64,000 bases of DNA from the human T2T-CHM13v2.0 reference genome, Homo sapiens. A program made the translations under genes and the position numbers. The stretch lies in NCBI RefSeq assembly GCF_009914755.1, contig NC_060928.1; one strand, written 5' to 3'. The notes below the pieces were generated by a model that was given only the letters and a program-made list of their open reading frames with translations, was not told the DNA's origin and searched no databases. This document shows positions 1 through 14,474 of this stretch, one piece after another; the first letter of the stretch is position 1; each line of letters begins with the position of its first letter.

Positions 1-1
1 T

Positions 2-280
<279 letters not shown>

Positions 281-290
<10 letters not shown>

Positions 291-361
291 AAAAAAGAAA
301 GAAAGAGAGAAAGAGAGAGAGAGGAAGGAAGGAAGGAAGGAAGGAAAGAAGGAAAGAAAGA
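281..361 (+). repeat. Purine-rich (GAAA/GA/GGAA)n repeat grown from the Alu tail
   Basis: Only A/G over about 80 bp; (GGAA)6 at 323-346. Confidence 0.95.
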
Positions 362-394
362 TGTTTCTAGAAAATCTAGGATTCAAAGAATAGT

Positions 395-600
395 AATTCT
401 GCAGTTCTCTATACCTAATGCTAAATACCTGTGTGATTTGGGGCAAGAGATTTTGTTTCTCTGACTCTGTTTCTTTCTAGATGGCTTACTTCACAGATAT
501 ATGTGGAGCAAATGAATGAAATTAGTGAACTCTAAAGTATTGAACATAGAACACAATTAGAAAAGAGCCTCTGAGTATGTACTTAATAAATGTTTCCAGT
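395..600 (+). mobile_element. MIR fragment
   Basis: ctgtgtgatttggggcaag...ctctgactctgtttct resembles the MIR core. Confidence 0.55.
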
Positions 601-789
601 TACTAACATTATGATAGTAGCTAGAAAGCAGTGTCATATTCTTATGGATACTTATCTATTAAAGTAATCTAAACTCTATTAATAAAAATATTTTCTATGG
701 GACTTAAAGTGATTTTCTTTTCATATTAAAAAATGTAGTTTGTAAACTTTACTTTTCCTTAAATGACACTTTGGCCAGATGGCTTATTT

Positions 790-1485
<696 letters not shown>

Positions 1486-1499
1486 TTGTCCCCCCATAT

Positions 1500-1620
1500 A
1501 TTAACTGTGCTACCTTCCCTTAGACATAATATTGACATTCTCTGAAATTTTTCTTGTCTGTAAAATGCAGTATGTTCTATTTCCCCCACACAGTTATGAG
1601 TATTATATTAAGTAATATAG
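1500..1620 (+). mobile_element. MIR fragment
   Basis: ttaactgtgctacctt...ctctgaaatttttcttgtctgtaaaatg resembles the MIR core. Confidence 0.5.
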
Positions 1621-2952
1621 TATCAATCAGAATAATCTGTCCTTTCTGATATATGCCCCTTCTCTTGCGGAGATCTGAACTATTTTAACAGTTTTACACA
1701 TTATCTTTCTCACTCTGCTGATGATTGCTAAGTTTATCATTGGAATTCTCTGATATCTTGAAATTGCCTCTTGGATATGTCCTCTTGTATGTTTCACAGT
1801 CACGTGAAGCCGTAAAGTCCAACCACCTCATTAGTTTTCTTTCTCCTCTTTGTTTTCTATTTTCAAAAAAACCAGTTAAATTCTCAGTATGTTATGCAAA
1901 CCATAAAGCCCTCTTTAACTACATCCTCTGATTACACCTGATGCATATTCTTCTACTTACTAAATATTTCTGAATTATCTTTTGAAATGTCTCTCACATG
2001 TGCAGCTTCTTATAGGGTGTCTCTTTGACTAGGGTTGTCCAGGGTTTCATGGACTCATGTGCGGGTGTAATAGTACCTTCCCAGCTAGCCACCATAACTC
2101 AATTCATTTCCATTTATTTACAGCTTGCATTTAGATATACCTTGTCCATTCTGAAAAATGATGCATATTTATATATTCCACAGATAAAATTAAAAACTAC
2201 AATATAAAAGTAAAAACAAATATAAAATCATAAACGATTTGGGGTATTTTATATATATATATGTATTTTATTTCCAGAAAATCTAGGATAAGAAAAACTT
2301 TTAAATCTGAGAATAACAATTAGCTTTGAGTCATCTTCTAGACTCAAAATTCTTCCAGTTCATTTTTCACATAGCTTCAGGACAGAAAACTACCAAAAAT
2401 ATTATAAGAAATATTTCTTCAAACTACTGCTTTCATTGTGCTGCTCCCCAGGGTGGGGAAAAATAAAAAAAATTGAAAAAAACTTAAATGGCTTTTCTTT
2501 ATTCTATTACAGAAGTCCAAATTCCTTTACCTGATTTTAGGTCCCTTCATAATTTAAACTCATACAATATATGTAATTTAACTTCCAACACACATGCATT
2601 ACCCTACTCTTGCCAATTCTCCCATTACCTCGTGAGATTTCCATAGAATTTCATGGGTTTTTTTTGTGTGTGGTGGGGTTATTTTTGTCATTTACTCTGG
2701 AATTCCTTTCACTCCACTTTCTTTTCCAACTCTGTAAATTTCAACATCTTCCTAGGTACTTCTAAGCCTCACCAGAGTTCTGATTATTTAAGCCTCCATT
2801 GATTTCTTTCTTCCATTTATTGACATATACATTATACATTTTCGAGAATCTATGACCTTAGCCTTGAGCATGTAATATTAACAAGACAACCATGGCCTCT
2901 GCTGTCTTAGATAACATATTCTATTGAATATATAAATCATATATATAATATA

Positions 2953-3059
2953 TTAGGTTGGTGCAAAAGGGATTGTGGGTTTTGCCATTAAAAGTAATGG
3001 CAGTTACTTTTTGCCATTACGTAATGGCAAAAATTGCAATTCCTTTTGTACCAACCTAA
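2953..3059. mobile_element. MADE1 (Hsmar1-derived MITE) with internal expansion
   Basis: TIRs ttaggttggtgcaaaag...cttttgtaccaacctaa flanked by TA on both sides; 107 bp versus about 80 bp consensus. Confidence 0.95.
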
Positions 3060-4339
3060 TATTAATTTAAAATAGAAAAACATTAAATGCCATATTTAGA
3101 AATATAAATTAAAAGGACAGAGTAGTGTGATGCCTTACAACATGAACACCTAAACTAGTTTTAGATATCAGATAAATCTTTTTTAAGGTTCTGACCTTTT
3201 TCTTTTAATATCCATGGCTTTAAGCTGAGGTCTATTAAAACTTTTGTGTGTCTTACGGCATTCGGATCCAGTCATCACAAATGACAAATTATTAATATTC
3301 ATGTATAGATTTTTAGATTATAGAAATAAAAAAACATTTATTTCTATTTTCATTTACTTGAAAACTAAAAGTACTTGTAGAACTACATTTTATGTAGTAA
3401 TGCTATTGGCACTTCGAAAATGGTTAGCTTCTGTGGAGCTAAATTTGTGAAACCTACATGCTTAAAATGATAGTTCCCAGAAGAGTCTATTGTGAAGAGG
3501 AAGAATTACACGTTAAAAGGGAAAGGACAGCCTGATTCTTTGGAAGGATTTGGGTTCTGTCATGGGAAATGCACAGCACACATCTCAGTTTAATTTGGAT
3601 CAATTAAGATACTGGGAGAATAATAAAAGTGATATTTGTGAAGCCAGAGGCCTGAGCTGGTTAATGGGTGACCAGAATGCTTAATAAGTTAGAAAAATAA
3701 TATCTCTCTTAGTTGAAAACAACCAAGTTTGAAAGGACAAAAGTAACAGAAAGATGAGAGACAGGCAAATTGACAGAATTGGTCAAGTGGGCAAGGAGTG
3801 TAGAGAGTTTCAGGGGTGACATCACCAATAAACTGAAGAGGTAACTAAAATGGTTAAAGACTGCTACTGTAAAACAAAACAAGATAGACTTGTTTCTAAA
3901 TGTATAATATAACATAATACAGTGCACTGATAATTTAAGAAATGTAGAACTATAATTAAAATATATTAAAAATATTCATCTGCAGCTTTCAAAGAGGTAA
4001 CCACATTTTGTGAATTCATCTTAAAATATTGACACAATTGGAAACTCTTACTAAAACGCATTCATGATTAACATTAAGACAGCCAGTTATGGGTAATGGA
4101 AAGAAAACCCTTTGTTAATAATAAAACAAATAATGAAGGTAACTGAAACAATTACACTATATATTATTGGAAAGATGAATTAACCCACATGTACTGGTTG
4201 AACAGTGTGTGTGTCATTATGTGGATTATAGAAGTCTGTGCCATGTTGACAAGAAAGTAAAGTTCTTACCTACATAAGATTCAATTGTAAGTGAATTCTT
4301 ATGATTTGGGAATGGGGATTAGCATTAAGCTCTGTATGT

Positions 4340-5206
4340 CTATATCTAGAATATGTAAAGACATATTAAAACTCAATAATCAAAACATAAATAACTCTAT
4401 AAAAATCAGCAAAAATCAGAATAGATATTTTCCTAAAGAAGACACACAAGTGTCTAAAAAGACACATGAAAAGGTGCTCGATATCATTAGCAGTCAGGGA
4501 AACCTTATTGGAAACCCCAATGAGGTTCTTTACGCCCACAAGGATGGCTTTAATAATAAAAAACTGATAATTACATTTGTTGGCAAGTATGTGGAGAAAT
4601 TGGAACCTGCATACCTCATCCCAGTTGGGACTGCCATGTTGGAAGACATTCTGGCAGTCCTCAAATGGTTAAACTGTATGACCTAGAAATTCCACTCCCG
4701 GGCATACAAACAAAATAAATAGAAAACATATATTCAAGCAAAAATTTGCACAAGGTATGCATAGCAGCATTATTTATAAGTCAGAAAGTCGAAACAAACC
4801 AAGTATCTATCAACCAATGAAAGTTTAAATAAAAGTGGAGTATCTCTGCAATGGAATATTATTTGCCAATAAAAGAAAATTAAATATTGATACATGGTAC
4901 AATAAAGATTAAACTGAAAACATTATTCTTAGTGAAAAAAATAGTCACTAAGGACCACATATTGTATTATTCTATTTATATGACATATGCAGAAAGGAAA
5001 ATCTATAGATAGAAAAAGTAAATTAATGGTTGTCAAGCGTTGGGGAATGATGGCTAAGTGGAGTAAAATTTCTTTTTGGGGTAATGAAAATGTTCTAAAT
5101 TGATTTTGATAATGGATTCACAACTTCATGAATGGACTAAAACCACTTTATGGTACAATATAAATGGGTGGATTGCATAGTATGTGAATTATCTCTCAGG
5201 AAAGTT
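4340..5206 (+). mobile_element. L1MB-like 3' fragment (degenerate ORF2 end and 3'UTR)
   Basis: tctagaatatgtaaaga...ctaaagaagacacaca...gtggagaaattggaacc...tatgtgaattatctctca; ORF 4291..4686 is a decayed ORF2 C-terminus. Confidence 0.9.
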
Positions 5207-6099
5207 AAGTAGTGTGTTTGGATGAATGAATGAAGCACTGACTTTGCCCTGTGCACATCACCAAATTATATCTCAGATTTGATATGAAGATTTTGATTGG
5301 GAATACACTTTTTATATAACATGGCATAAAAATGGTAATTACCAAATAATCAGTGGTCTTGTCACTCTAAGTAAGAAAAAATAGATTAAATGGCACTACA
5401 GTAGGTGGTTATGTTAATTATAAGCAGAATGATAAATACCAACTTCGATGCAGGATTTTAGACTGAATGAAGTAGTGTAGGTTTTAAAATAGAACATCTT
5501 ATTCTTCTGAAGTTCTTCATGACCTAATTGTAGTTCAATTTGTTGTGTTTGCCCAGATTGAGTTGTCCCAAGATTTCACATTGGAAATCCATACCATGGG
5601 ATTTTTAGGTATGCACAACCCATGGGCCATATTGTTGCAATAAAGTGTACGGGAAGTTTGCATGCAGTATCTTTTAAACAATAATAATTCTAATTTTCAT
5701 AATAAATACTTTTTAAAGTTCTACATTTTACTATTAGTTTCTAAATATTTTATTTTAAAATTTTATCATACATCTGCTGTAGAGTAACGACCATATCCAA
5801 GGTTTTTAGCTTTCTAATTTTCCATGTGTCAAATGAACAACTTGGGATTGTGTTAAGCATCAAATAAAGTGTACAATTGCCCTTCAATTGTGAATTAGTA
5901 AAATAATACGGTAAAGCAGATTATTCATCACCTTGAGTCACTAACATTGTATGATTTTTATAAAAATAGAATTTTTTTTGCATATGATTTGGACTGTTTG
6001 AAGTACTGGAGGACACCAACTCCCCTCACTTTATGGCTGGTTAATTTTATTTTGGGCAGCTTTCCATGAAAACAATTATTTCGTTTTTTTCCTTTTCTC

Positions 6100-7250
6100 T
6101 ATTGTTTTTGTTTTACTTGAAAGTTCTAGATTCCACATCTATCCTTCCAAATGTTTGTTGATAATTTAAATATATACACTTAACTTTTATTCTTAAACTA
6201 AGAATTAATCAAATTTGATATTTTTTTGTCCTAGAAAATCAATAGATTTTCAATAACTTTTAATCTCACTGTTACCTATCAATATTTGTTGATATTAATG
6301 GTAATTTATACATATATAATTCTAGATATAATTTATTATTAACATTTAGAGTTAAAATGTATTTTATTTATTTTCACCTTTATTATATTTTATGTTTTAC
6401 TTTCTTTTTACCATAGTAGTTCTTTTCAAATAGATTTTATTAAAGGAAGATTTTGCTTAGACATAAGCTAAATTTATTATTTTCAAATGTTTGTATTTCA
6501 CTTTCAAGCTTGAGTAATAATTTTTTTATATATGAATTTTATATAAAGTTTTTATATGTAGCCCTTTGAAGACATTTTCTTATTTCTCTTTGTATTGAAT
6601 AGTACGGAAAGAGACAAGATGCAAATAGTCTCATTTTCGTTCCATTACTGGTGTTTTGTCTTTCACTCGTTGAAGCTTTTAGAATTTTGTTAGTCTTAAT
6701 GTTGTGCGGAATCATCACAGTGTGTTAATGTATTTGCTTTTTTTCCTCTCCTCAATTTCCTGCTCAACACTTGCTGATTGTTCTCATATGAGAAATCTTA
6801 CTTTCAGTTCTAAAAAATTCTAACTATTGCTTTCTCCTCACATAATTTTTAGTGTTTCATTCTGAAGTTCTTATTAGATGAATATTGTAATAGTACCTCA
6901 CCAGGCATCTCTGACTTTATCTGTACATATATCTGTGTTGCATCCTGAGAGAGTTCCTCAGCTTGATCATTTAGTCACAAATTCTCTCATTTGTGGTATC
7001 CATTTAGCTGATTTGTCTTAGATATTAAAATTATTTCAAAGGTTGTACTTAATTTTCAAAAACTCTTTACAGATTACCTTATTATTTCTTTTTCTTTTGT
7101 CATAATGTTTTGTGTGTCATACTCTGCATTTATTGTTTTGGAGAGGTAATTTCTTCCTTTGTCTTTCTAAGCCTGTGTTTGAAAATCCTTTTTTAGAGGA
7201 TTACATTAATGTTCTTTAATCATTTTAAGTTATTCTATTGGGTGAATGTG
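6100..7250 (-). mobile_element. Ancient L1M remnant (5'/ORF1 region)
   Basis: T-rich antisense L1M-like motifs (ttctgaagttcttattagatgaatattg, gcttttagaattttg); boundaries approximate. Confidence 0.5.
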
Positions 7251-8679
7251 TTTTCTTCCCTCTTTCATTGGGGAAGTGTGAAGTGTTTGTCATGTTGGAC
7301 TATACTCTTCTGCAAACTAATGCTTACGTGCACTTTTGAGACCTCAGTGGCTTTTTGTCATACCAAGAGCCTCTGTGCCCCAGAATTAGAGTGAGTTCAG
7401 CTTAATACTGAGTTCTCAATCACTCCTGTTTTATTTTAAAAGACAAGTACCCCCTTTAATTTTTTGATGAAGACTAATTGACTGTAGCAGACTAATACTT
7501 TCCACAATATCTTCACCAAATGGATTTTAAAACTACTTATGCATCTCAAGTGATGAAGAGAAGAGGACTTTTGTAAAATAGAAAACCAAGATATATCACT
7601 TTCTTGGAGGTTTTGCAAAAATAGCCAGGGCATGAAGAACTACTCTGCCAACAAAGCATTGACATCCAGAGTGTAAAGATTACATTCTGCTTGAATGCTT
7701 TATTTTTGCTTAGTCTAAAGGTCAACAAAACAAAAGAGTATCTGGCTTGAAAAACATCTACATTCAGATATTAATCATTTTATACTTGCTCCACATTGAC
7801 CTAAGGGTGCCGTTTTGAATTTGCTGTAGTTTTCTTTCAACTACTTTACTTGCCAAAAGAGATAATATAAACCCTAAAGGTTTCTTGTGGAATGTTTACA
7901 CAGTTTTTTGCCCATCAGAAAGGATAAGAAAAAATGTAAACAGCTAAATGTTAGATGATGCAGTATAAAATGCTAATGAAGACAAAAGTTGAAATACATG
8001 CACTGTTTGAAAAACCACAGAATACATTTAGAAAAAAAAAGTCTCAAAACAGATGACCCTTTAAACTTTACAGCACATTTAATGCATGTGGAGTCCTAAT
8101 CCTCTGACTCTCAAAACTAATAGTGTGGGGAGAAAAATTGTCGTGCAAAAAGCTGAAAGCCAGTAGACTATGCTTGGGTTTTAATTATATAACCAGCACT
8201 GAATCAAAACTTTATGGACAAAACAATCCATGTAAAATCAATAATCAATGTGAACATGGAATTACACAAATATTGTGATGCTACTGCCCCTTTGGCATCT
8301 TATGGGAAAAATTGCAATTTCTTGTTAAAATATTTCAAAAAAACTAAAACGCGTTTTAGGATACGCCTTAAAATTCTTGGAATATCTATTAATATCAATA
8401 AATATATATATAGTTAAATGCATAAAAGACATAACGACAAAGAGGAAAATAAAAGGAAGCTTAGCACGACCATAGGATGGAGTACTGGATTAATATAAAA
8501 ACACTTACAGCACCTTCTGGGGAGGCTGAATAAATAGGGGCCTGGATGCTACCAGTAAGGCCAGTAAGAACAACTTTCCCATGACATCTGAAATAATTAA
8601 ACCTTACTTGTCATTTTCCTTCAATATTAGAGAGATATGAAACCATATTACTAAAATAGGAGTGAATTTTAAAGATAAA

Positions 8680-10600
8680 GTAAGTTGGACATCCATGTAC
8701 TGCTATCCAGTTTAAAAGAGAGAATAGTATCTTAAAATCACTTTGTATACACATCCCAATCTCTTTCCTCTTCAGGATTAACTATTAACTAAATTTTAGG
8801 TTTATCATTTTTACTTTCTATTTTAAGAGTTTTACTACATTATTGGTTTGTATTGTTAAAAAGTTTAACATTTAAAACATTTCAAACAATTTTCTGATGT
8901 TCATCCATGTGGTTGAATGCAACATTAATTAATCAGTTTTTCAGACATACAGAGTTCTTTTGATTAACTGTATTACTCTTAATTTATCCGTTTCATTCTT
9001 TAAGGTTATTTAAGATTGTTTCCATCTAAACCGTGAGCTTGGATGTTCTTATAGGTCTTTGGATCTGTACACAGAGGAGCTACTATCGGTGCAAACCTAG
9101 GTATGATTTACTTATTTAAAAAATATTTGCATGCTCAATTTTATCAGTTAATGCCAAATTATTTCATAAAGTGATTGTACTAGTTGATGCTCCTGTATAT
9201 AATTGCTAAATGATCTTATTGCTTTATATCCTTTATAGTATATTATTATTGCAGTACTTTAGTTTTAATTTTTGGCGATCTAGTGTTTGTGAAACAGTGC
9301 TCATTCTGTCTTGTTGTTTAACTTCACTGAGCATGAGGTTCATCTCTTCTGTACTTTTTGTCTTCCTTGACTTGCTTCCTTAGTCGTTGTTGTTTTGCTT
9401 TGTTTTATAAATTTTCTTTTTTTTTCTTTCATTCTATTTTTTTCCCTATACTTGTTGAGAAGTCGTACACTTTACTTCTTTTCTTTTAGTGGTTACTCTA
9501 GAAATTTTCATCTGCCAATTTAAAATACCAAACTTTAATGTTTATCAAAGATTCTATCCACCTTCTAGTGTTGCAGGAATGTTAGAACAATTGAAACTCT
9601 CCCTCTAATTTATAAAATTGTATTGTTATTAGTTATGTTTTTTAAACTTCCAAACTTTATAATCATCACGTGATGCAGTTTATTAAAATGCTCATATGCT
9701 TACCATTATTCTTACTCATCATCTTACTGTTTAGACCTTTCATTAAAATTAATGTAATCATGCATGAATTATACACCATAGAATTTCCTATTGATAAAAA
9801 CCTGTTTGTCGTGACTCTTGCGTTTTTCCTGTCTGAAAGCATCTTGACTTTCACCCTCATTTCTTCCCCATTTTGAAAGTTTGCTTTCTCTTTTGTGTGT
9901 TTGTGTGTGTGTTTATTTTCTGCTAGTTATAAAATTCTGGGTTGACAGTCTTTGCGTTTGTTGTGAGCTGATATTCACTGGAATTTTACCAGGGAGAATT
10001 ATTTCAGATTTGGTTGTGAAGTAGCTTTATGTACTTCTCGGGATTATGTATATTTCCTATTTCCAGGATTGGGGACACTGACAACCCAGGATACTTTCAA
10101 ATAGAATTTTGTTTGATTTCTATTTTTCTTCCATATAATTTCCCTAGTGTGAATTTTATTGCAAATGTGGCTTACGGATATGAAATCAAATGTGAAGGTT
10201 TTTTTTTTTTTATTTATTCTTTTCTACCACTAACATAAATGCCCAAGACGGGAAAATTTTTCTCTTCTTACCCTTTACTCCCAGGGTAAGGGAATTGGTA
10301 AATGGTAAGATTTTTTTCTTTTCTACTCTAAGGCAAGTAATATAGCACCTTAGGGATTATAGCTTATTAGAAGCCTAGGTTTTATCACCTGTGTCCTTTC
10401 TCCCAAAAGGATGTAAAACCTGAAGCTAAAGATCATAGTTGGGCAAAAAGCCTTGTGTTGAAAACTGGTTTTATGGTTTACTTAGCTCTGTGAGTAAATG
10501 TAGATTTTGGTCTTAAGATTTCATTTTCCTGATCATAAAAAAAAATAAGATTTTAAAACTATATAAAAATCCAGCATTTTTAGCTATTTCATCAGAAAGT
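8680..10600 (-). mobile_element. Ancient L1ME fragments
   Basis: tgccaaattatttcataaagtgattgtac, ttttagtggttactctagaaatt, tataaaattctgggttgacag match antisense L1M motifs. Confidence 0.55.
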
Positions 10601-11642
10601 TAACCAATTATTTATTGAGTCAACTATAATTGTGGAAATTTTCATATTTCCATCTTTTAATTTTTTTATTTTCATAAGTTTATATGATTCAATAGGATTT
10701 TTTTAAAAAATTTCTAAACCTGAGTGGTAGAAAAATAGGGAAAATTATAAGGCAATTATAAAAATGTGAACTTATTGGAATCATGTTTATTTCCTATGTT
10801 AAGTAGAATATATGTTCACTAAGAAGTACAAAAAGTCCTTTCTTACTGAATTTTCAAAAGACTTTTACACCAGGAATGATAAATCTTTACAGTTTAGATT
10901 CAGGGCAAAAGCAATGAAGCTTTTGGTCCTATGATATAATATGGGGTAGGTACAGAACAGGTGAGAACTATATATATATTTTTTTACCTCTGTCAGAATC
11001 CTTCAACAATTTGGCAATCATTTAAAGACATTTCATTTGCCATGATATTGAATTTCTGATTCAAAAACATAGTACTGGTGAGGATTATCCATGTGTTTTT
11101 TTTTTAAATAGTACATGCAGACTATTGGGATCTGGAGCAGGAGAACAGTACACATAACATCAAGGTGATTGGATCTGATGGACTCATTTAGTGAGCATCT
11201 AAAATACGCTTTGAAATGTTCCAGAAATAGCAAGCAATAAATGGCAGAGGTCTAATCTGGGGGAATTTATTCCAGTGTAGTCTTGTATAATCATAATGTA
11301 TGCAGAAGATAAACTATAATTTTATTATGCAATCATAGAATACTGAAGATTGAGTTATTTGAGCTAAGTTAGAATTAAATCAGACTGTAATTTTAGGGAA
11401 TAAAGAAGTGGGTTAAAGGTATGTCAAAACAGAAATCATGTTTTCGCATTGCTATATTTGGAAAGAGGAATCGTGCATTTCTGAGATGCAGGCAAGGAAA
11501 GGCTGAGGAGCCCATTTAAGAGCCTGATATATGTGATGTTTCATATATATATTTTTCAGTATGGAAATGGAAAAAAGGAGCTGACCAACTCAGATTTTGT
11601 ATGATGAGCCAAGATCATATTAACAGGTCAGCTTTTGAAAGT

Positions 11643-11644
<2 letters not shown>

Positions 11645-11673
<29 letters not shown>
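11645..11673 (+). repeat. (GT)14 microsatellite
   Basis: Direct reading. Confidence 0.98.
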
Positions 11674-11677
<4 letters not shown>

Positions 11678-13610
11678 CAGATGCAGGGTGAAGGAAGGGT
11701 ATATAGATTTAAATTTGGAATATAAAGTAAAACTACTAAAAAATAATAAAGATTTTCCTGGTGGGAAAACCTGGCATGCTCAAGGAGGGTGTGACACATG
11801 TGGTGGAACAGAATTGTGGATATATTGACAAGGGCCAGAAAGACCATCACATTTCTTTTTCTTTGTATTTTTGTTGATTACTGTGTTGCTGACATTAGTT
11901 GTGGAAGCACTTTAAGCAACAGATCAACAGAAAAAGGAGTCGCTAATAAACTCATCTCACTAAAATGTTTCTGTTTCTCCATCATAGGTAGGATTCACAT
12001 TTAGGCTGAGTAAATTCTTAGCATTCTTGGACTTTATGTCAATTCTAGAGGCACCCTGTCCATCTCAGGAGAGGCAAGCGGGTCATTTCTGACACAGATG
12101 CATTATTTTATTTAAATACCAAATGATCAAAACCTTATTTTTGTATTCGTAGTAGGTCTGAAGGAGAAAGACAGGAATAAAGTATAAAGAAAAAAAGTAA
12201 CTATTTAGGATAATTTAACGATGATTTTACATTATTAGTATGGGTATACACACCAAAATGTATCTAGTCAATGTACTCAATGGCCTGCTGTCTTCACTCC
12301 TTGAAGCTCCATGTCTGTGCATAACACATTTGCATTTTTTTTTCAGAAGCTCTTGGTACTTCTTTTCCACCACTTTTCCTTATAATACTTTATAAATTAA
12401 TTTTGAAGCCACACATTCACTTGAATAGGTGTAAAATATTTTCAAAATCCTGCCTTCATAATGTTTTTTTTTTGTTTTGTTTTGTTTTTTTGTCTTTGGG
12501 AACACAGTGGAAAGAGCTACATCAACAACTGGGAGCAAAAATTGCTATTGTGAAATGCCTCTGTGTTTGAAGGCCGTGAGTTCAATTATTACTAGGGATG
12601 ATTCAGTGCTAAATAATTTATCTTGATACGAAAATTTTCTTTTGACAACTGGCCCTATTAACGGTACAGCTTTTAGCTGTATTGAGACACTGGAGAAATT
12701 TTGGGCAGTTTATATAATATTTTCCTTACTTTTGAAGAGAAATTGGTTAAGTAACAGTCTTTCAGAGCTAGTATTCTTTGTCAGCCTGGCAATGGAAAAA
12801 CAGTAACATGCTTTAGATATGTATTTTAAAAAATGCACTGTTTCAAATTTCAGACTAACAGGTTATTTCCTAAACTTTAAGCACAGTGGAAGTCATCCTA
12901 AGTCTCCTTCTTACAGTACACTGACTTCCTTTCTAAGTTAAATGTGACAACTTATTTTGTGAATATCATTATTTGTGGTCTATACTCAAGTGTTCTGGAA
13001 TATGCGGTATTAATAATAGATACACTCATATGTAAATTGGATTGAAATGTAGTATTGTCATTTTATGTAACAATTTTGTATTGGCTTGGTAAAAACATGC
13101 TTTTCTTTTCCTAATGTCAGGTCTTTAAAATATTTTGTTGTTATGCATAGAATATATTTTTAGTTCTTTCTAGAAAAAGTATGCTTATTTATTAAAGAAA
13201 CAGCTCATCCTGCTGATTTTTAGAAAGCATGCTGAATCCGTCAGCATACGCCAAATTACAAACACCCCTCCCCGGCTAAAAAACCTCAAGGCCTTGAAAA
13301 CCACAGAGTTTCATTTCTTGCTGTCCTTCATGTCCATTGATGTTTGGCAAGCCACCTTGCTTTTCCTAGTCATCTATGACTTAGAGCCATTAGCTCAAAT
13401 TTTGCTGTCTACGACTCTAAAGACAAAGGAGGTTATGCATCAGCACTTATGCTCATAACTCAAAGGCCATATCTAGTCATTTGTCTACATCCACTTAGAA
13501 GGGGGCCAAAAAATACATCCTACCAAATACCTAAGAGGGGAAGAACCAGAAACATTTGCTGAATGCACTGAGGATTAGCACATTTCACTATTCTAATCAT
13601 CAAATATGTG

Positions 13611-14277
13611 TGTTGTGGTCTGAACGTTTACATTCCTCCCAAATCCATATGTTAAAATCCTAACAACCAGGGTGAAGGTATTAGAAGAGGGGCTTTTTGA
13701 AAGGCCTTCCAGAAGGCAGAGACTTCATGAATAGAATTAGTGCCCTTATGAAACAGGTTCCAGAGAACTGCTTTGCCATTTCCATCAAGTGAAGCGGCAG
13801 CAGAAGGCACAATCTACGAGAGAGCAGGCCCTCACCAGGCACAGAGTCTGCCAGTGTCTTGATCTTGGATTTCTCAGCCTCCAGAACTGTGAGTTTTTTG
13901 TTTTTGTTTTTGTTTTTGTTTTTTTGAGATGGAGTCTTGCTCTGTGGCCCAGGCTCAAGTGCAGTGGTGCGATCTCGACCCACTGAAACCTCCGCCTCAC
14001 AGGTTCAAGTAATGCTCCTGCCTCAGTCTACTGAGTAGCTGGGATTACAGGCCCGCCACCACACCCAGCTAATTTTTGTATTTTTAGTAGAGACAGAGTT
14101 TCACCATGTTGGCCAGGATGGTCTCAAACTCCTGACCTCAAGTGATCCGCCTGCCTCGGCCTCCCAAAGTGCTGGGGTTATAGATGTGAGCCACCGCACC
14201 TGGCCAAATTTCTGTTGTTTCTAAGCCACACAGTAGATTATGGTATTTTGTTATAGCAGCCCAAATGGACCAGGACT
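13611..14277 (+). mobile_element. MLT1A/MLT1A0 solo LTR nested in the older MLT1 internal region, split by an Alu
   Basis: tgttgtggtctgaacgttt...ccagaactgtgag / aaatttctgttgttt...tggtattttgttatagcagccc; TSD atgtg/atctg. Confidence 0.9.
13894..14205 (-). mobile_element. Alu SINE (AluSz/Sx-like)
   Basis: Antisense Alu with cctgacctcaagtgatcc and a (T5G)n tail. Confidence 0.95.
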
Positions 14278-14474
14278 ATCTGATTCTCTGTCTTTTCTTT
14301 GTATAATATATACTTACTTGGACCTCAAAGTAAACAACACATTAATCCTTCACTATTCACAATATTAATCTAAAGATTGAGATTACTTGGATGATGAATG
14401 GTAGTCTTTGTATAAGAAGGTGATACATTAAATTCCCCACACCAGGACCAGAAATGGCTTTTCTTGATCTGCAT

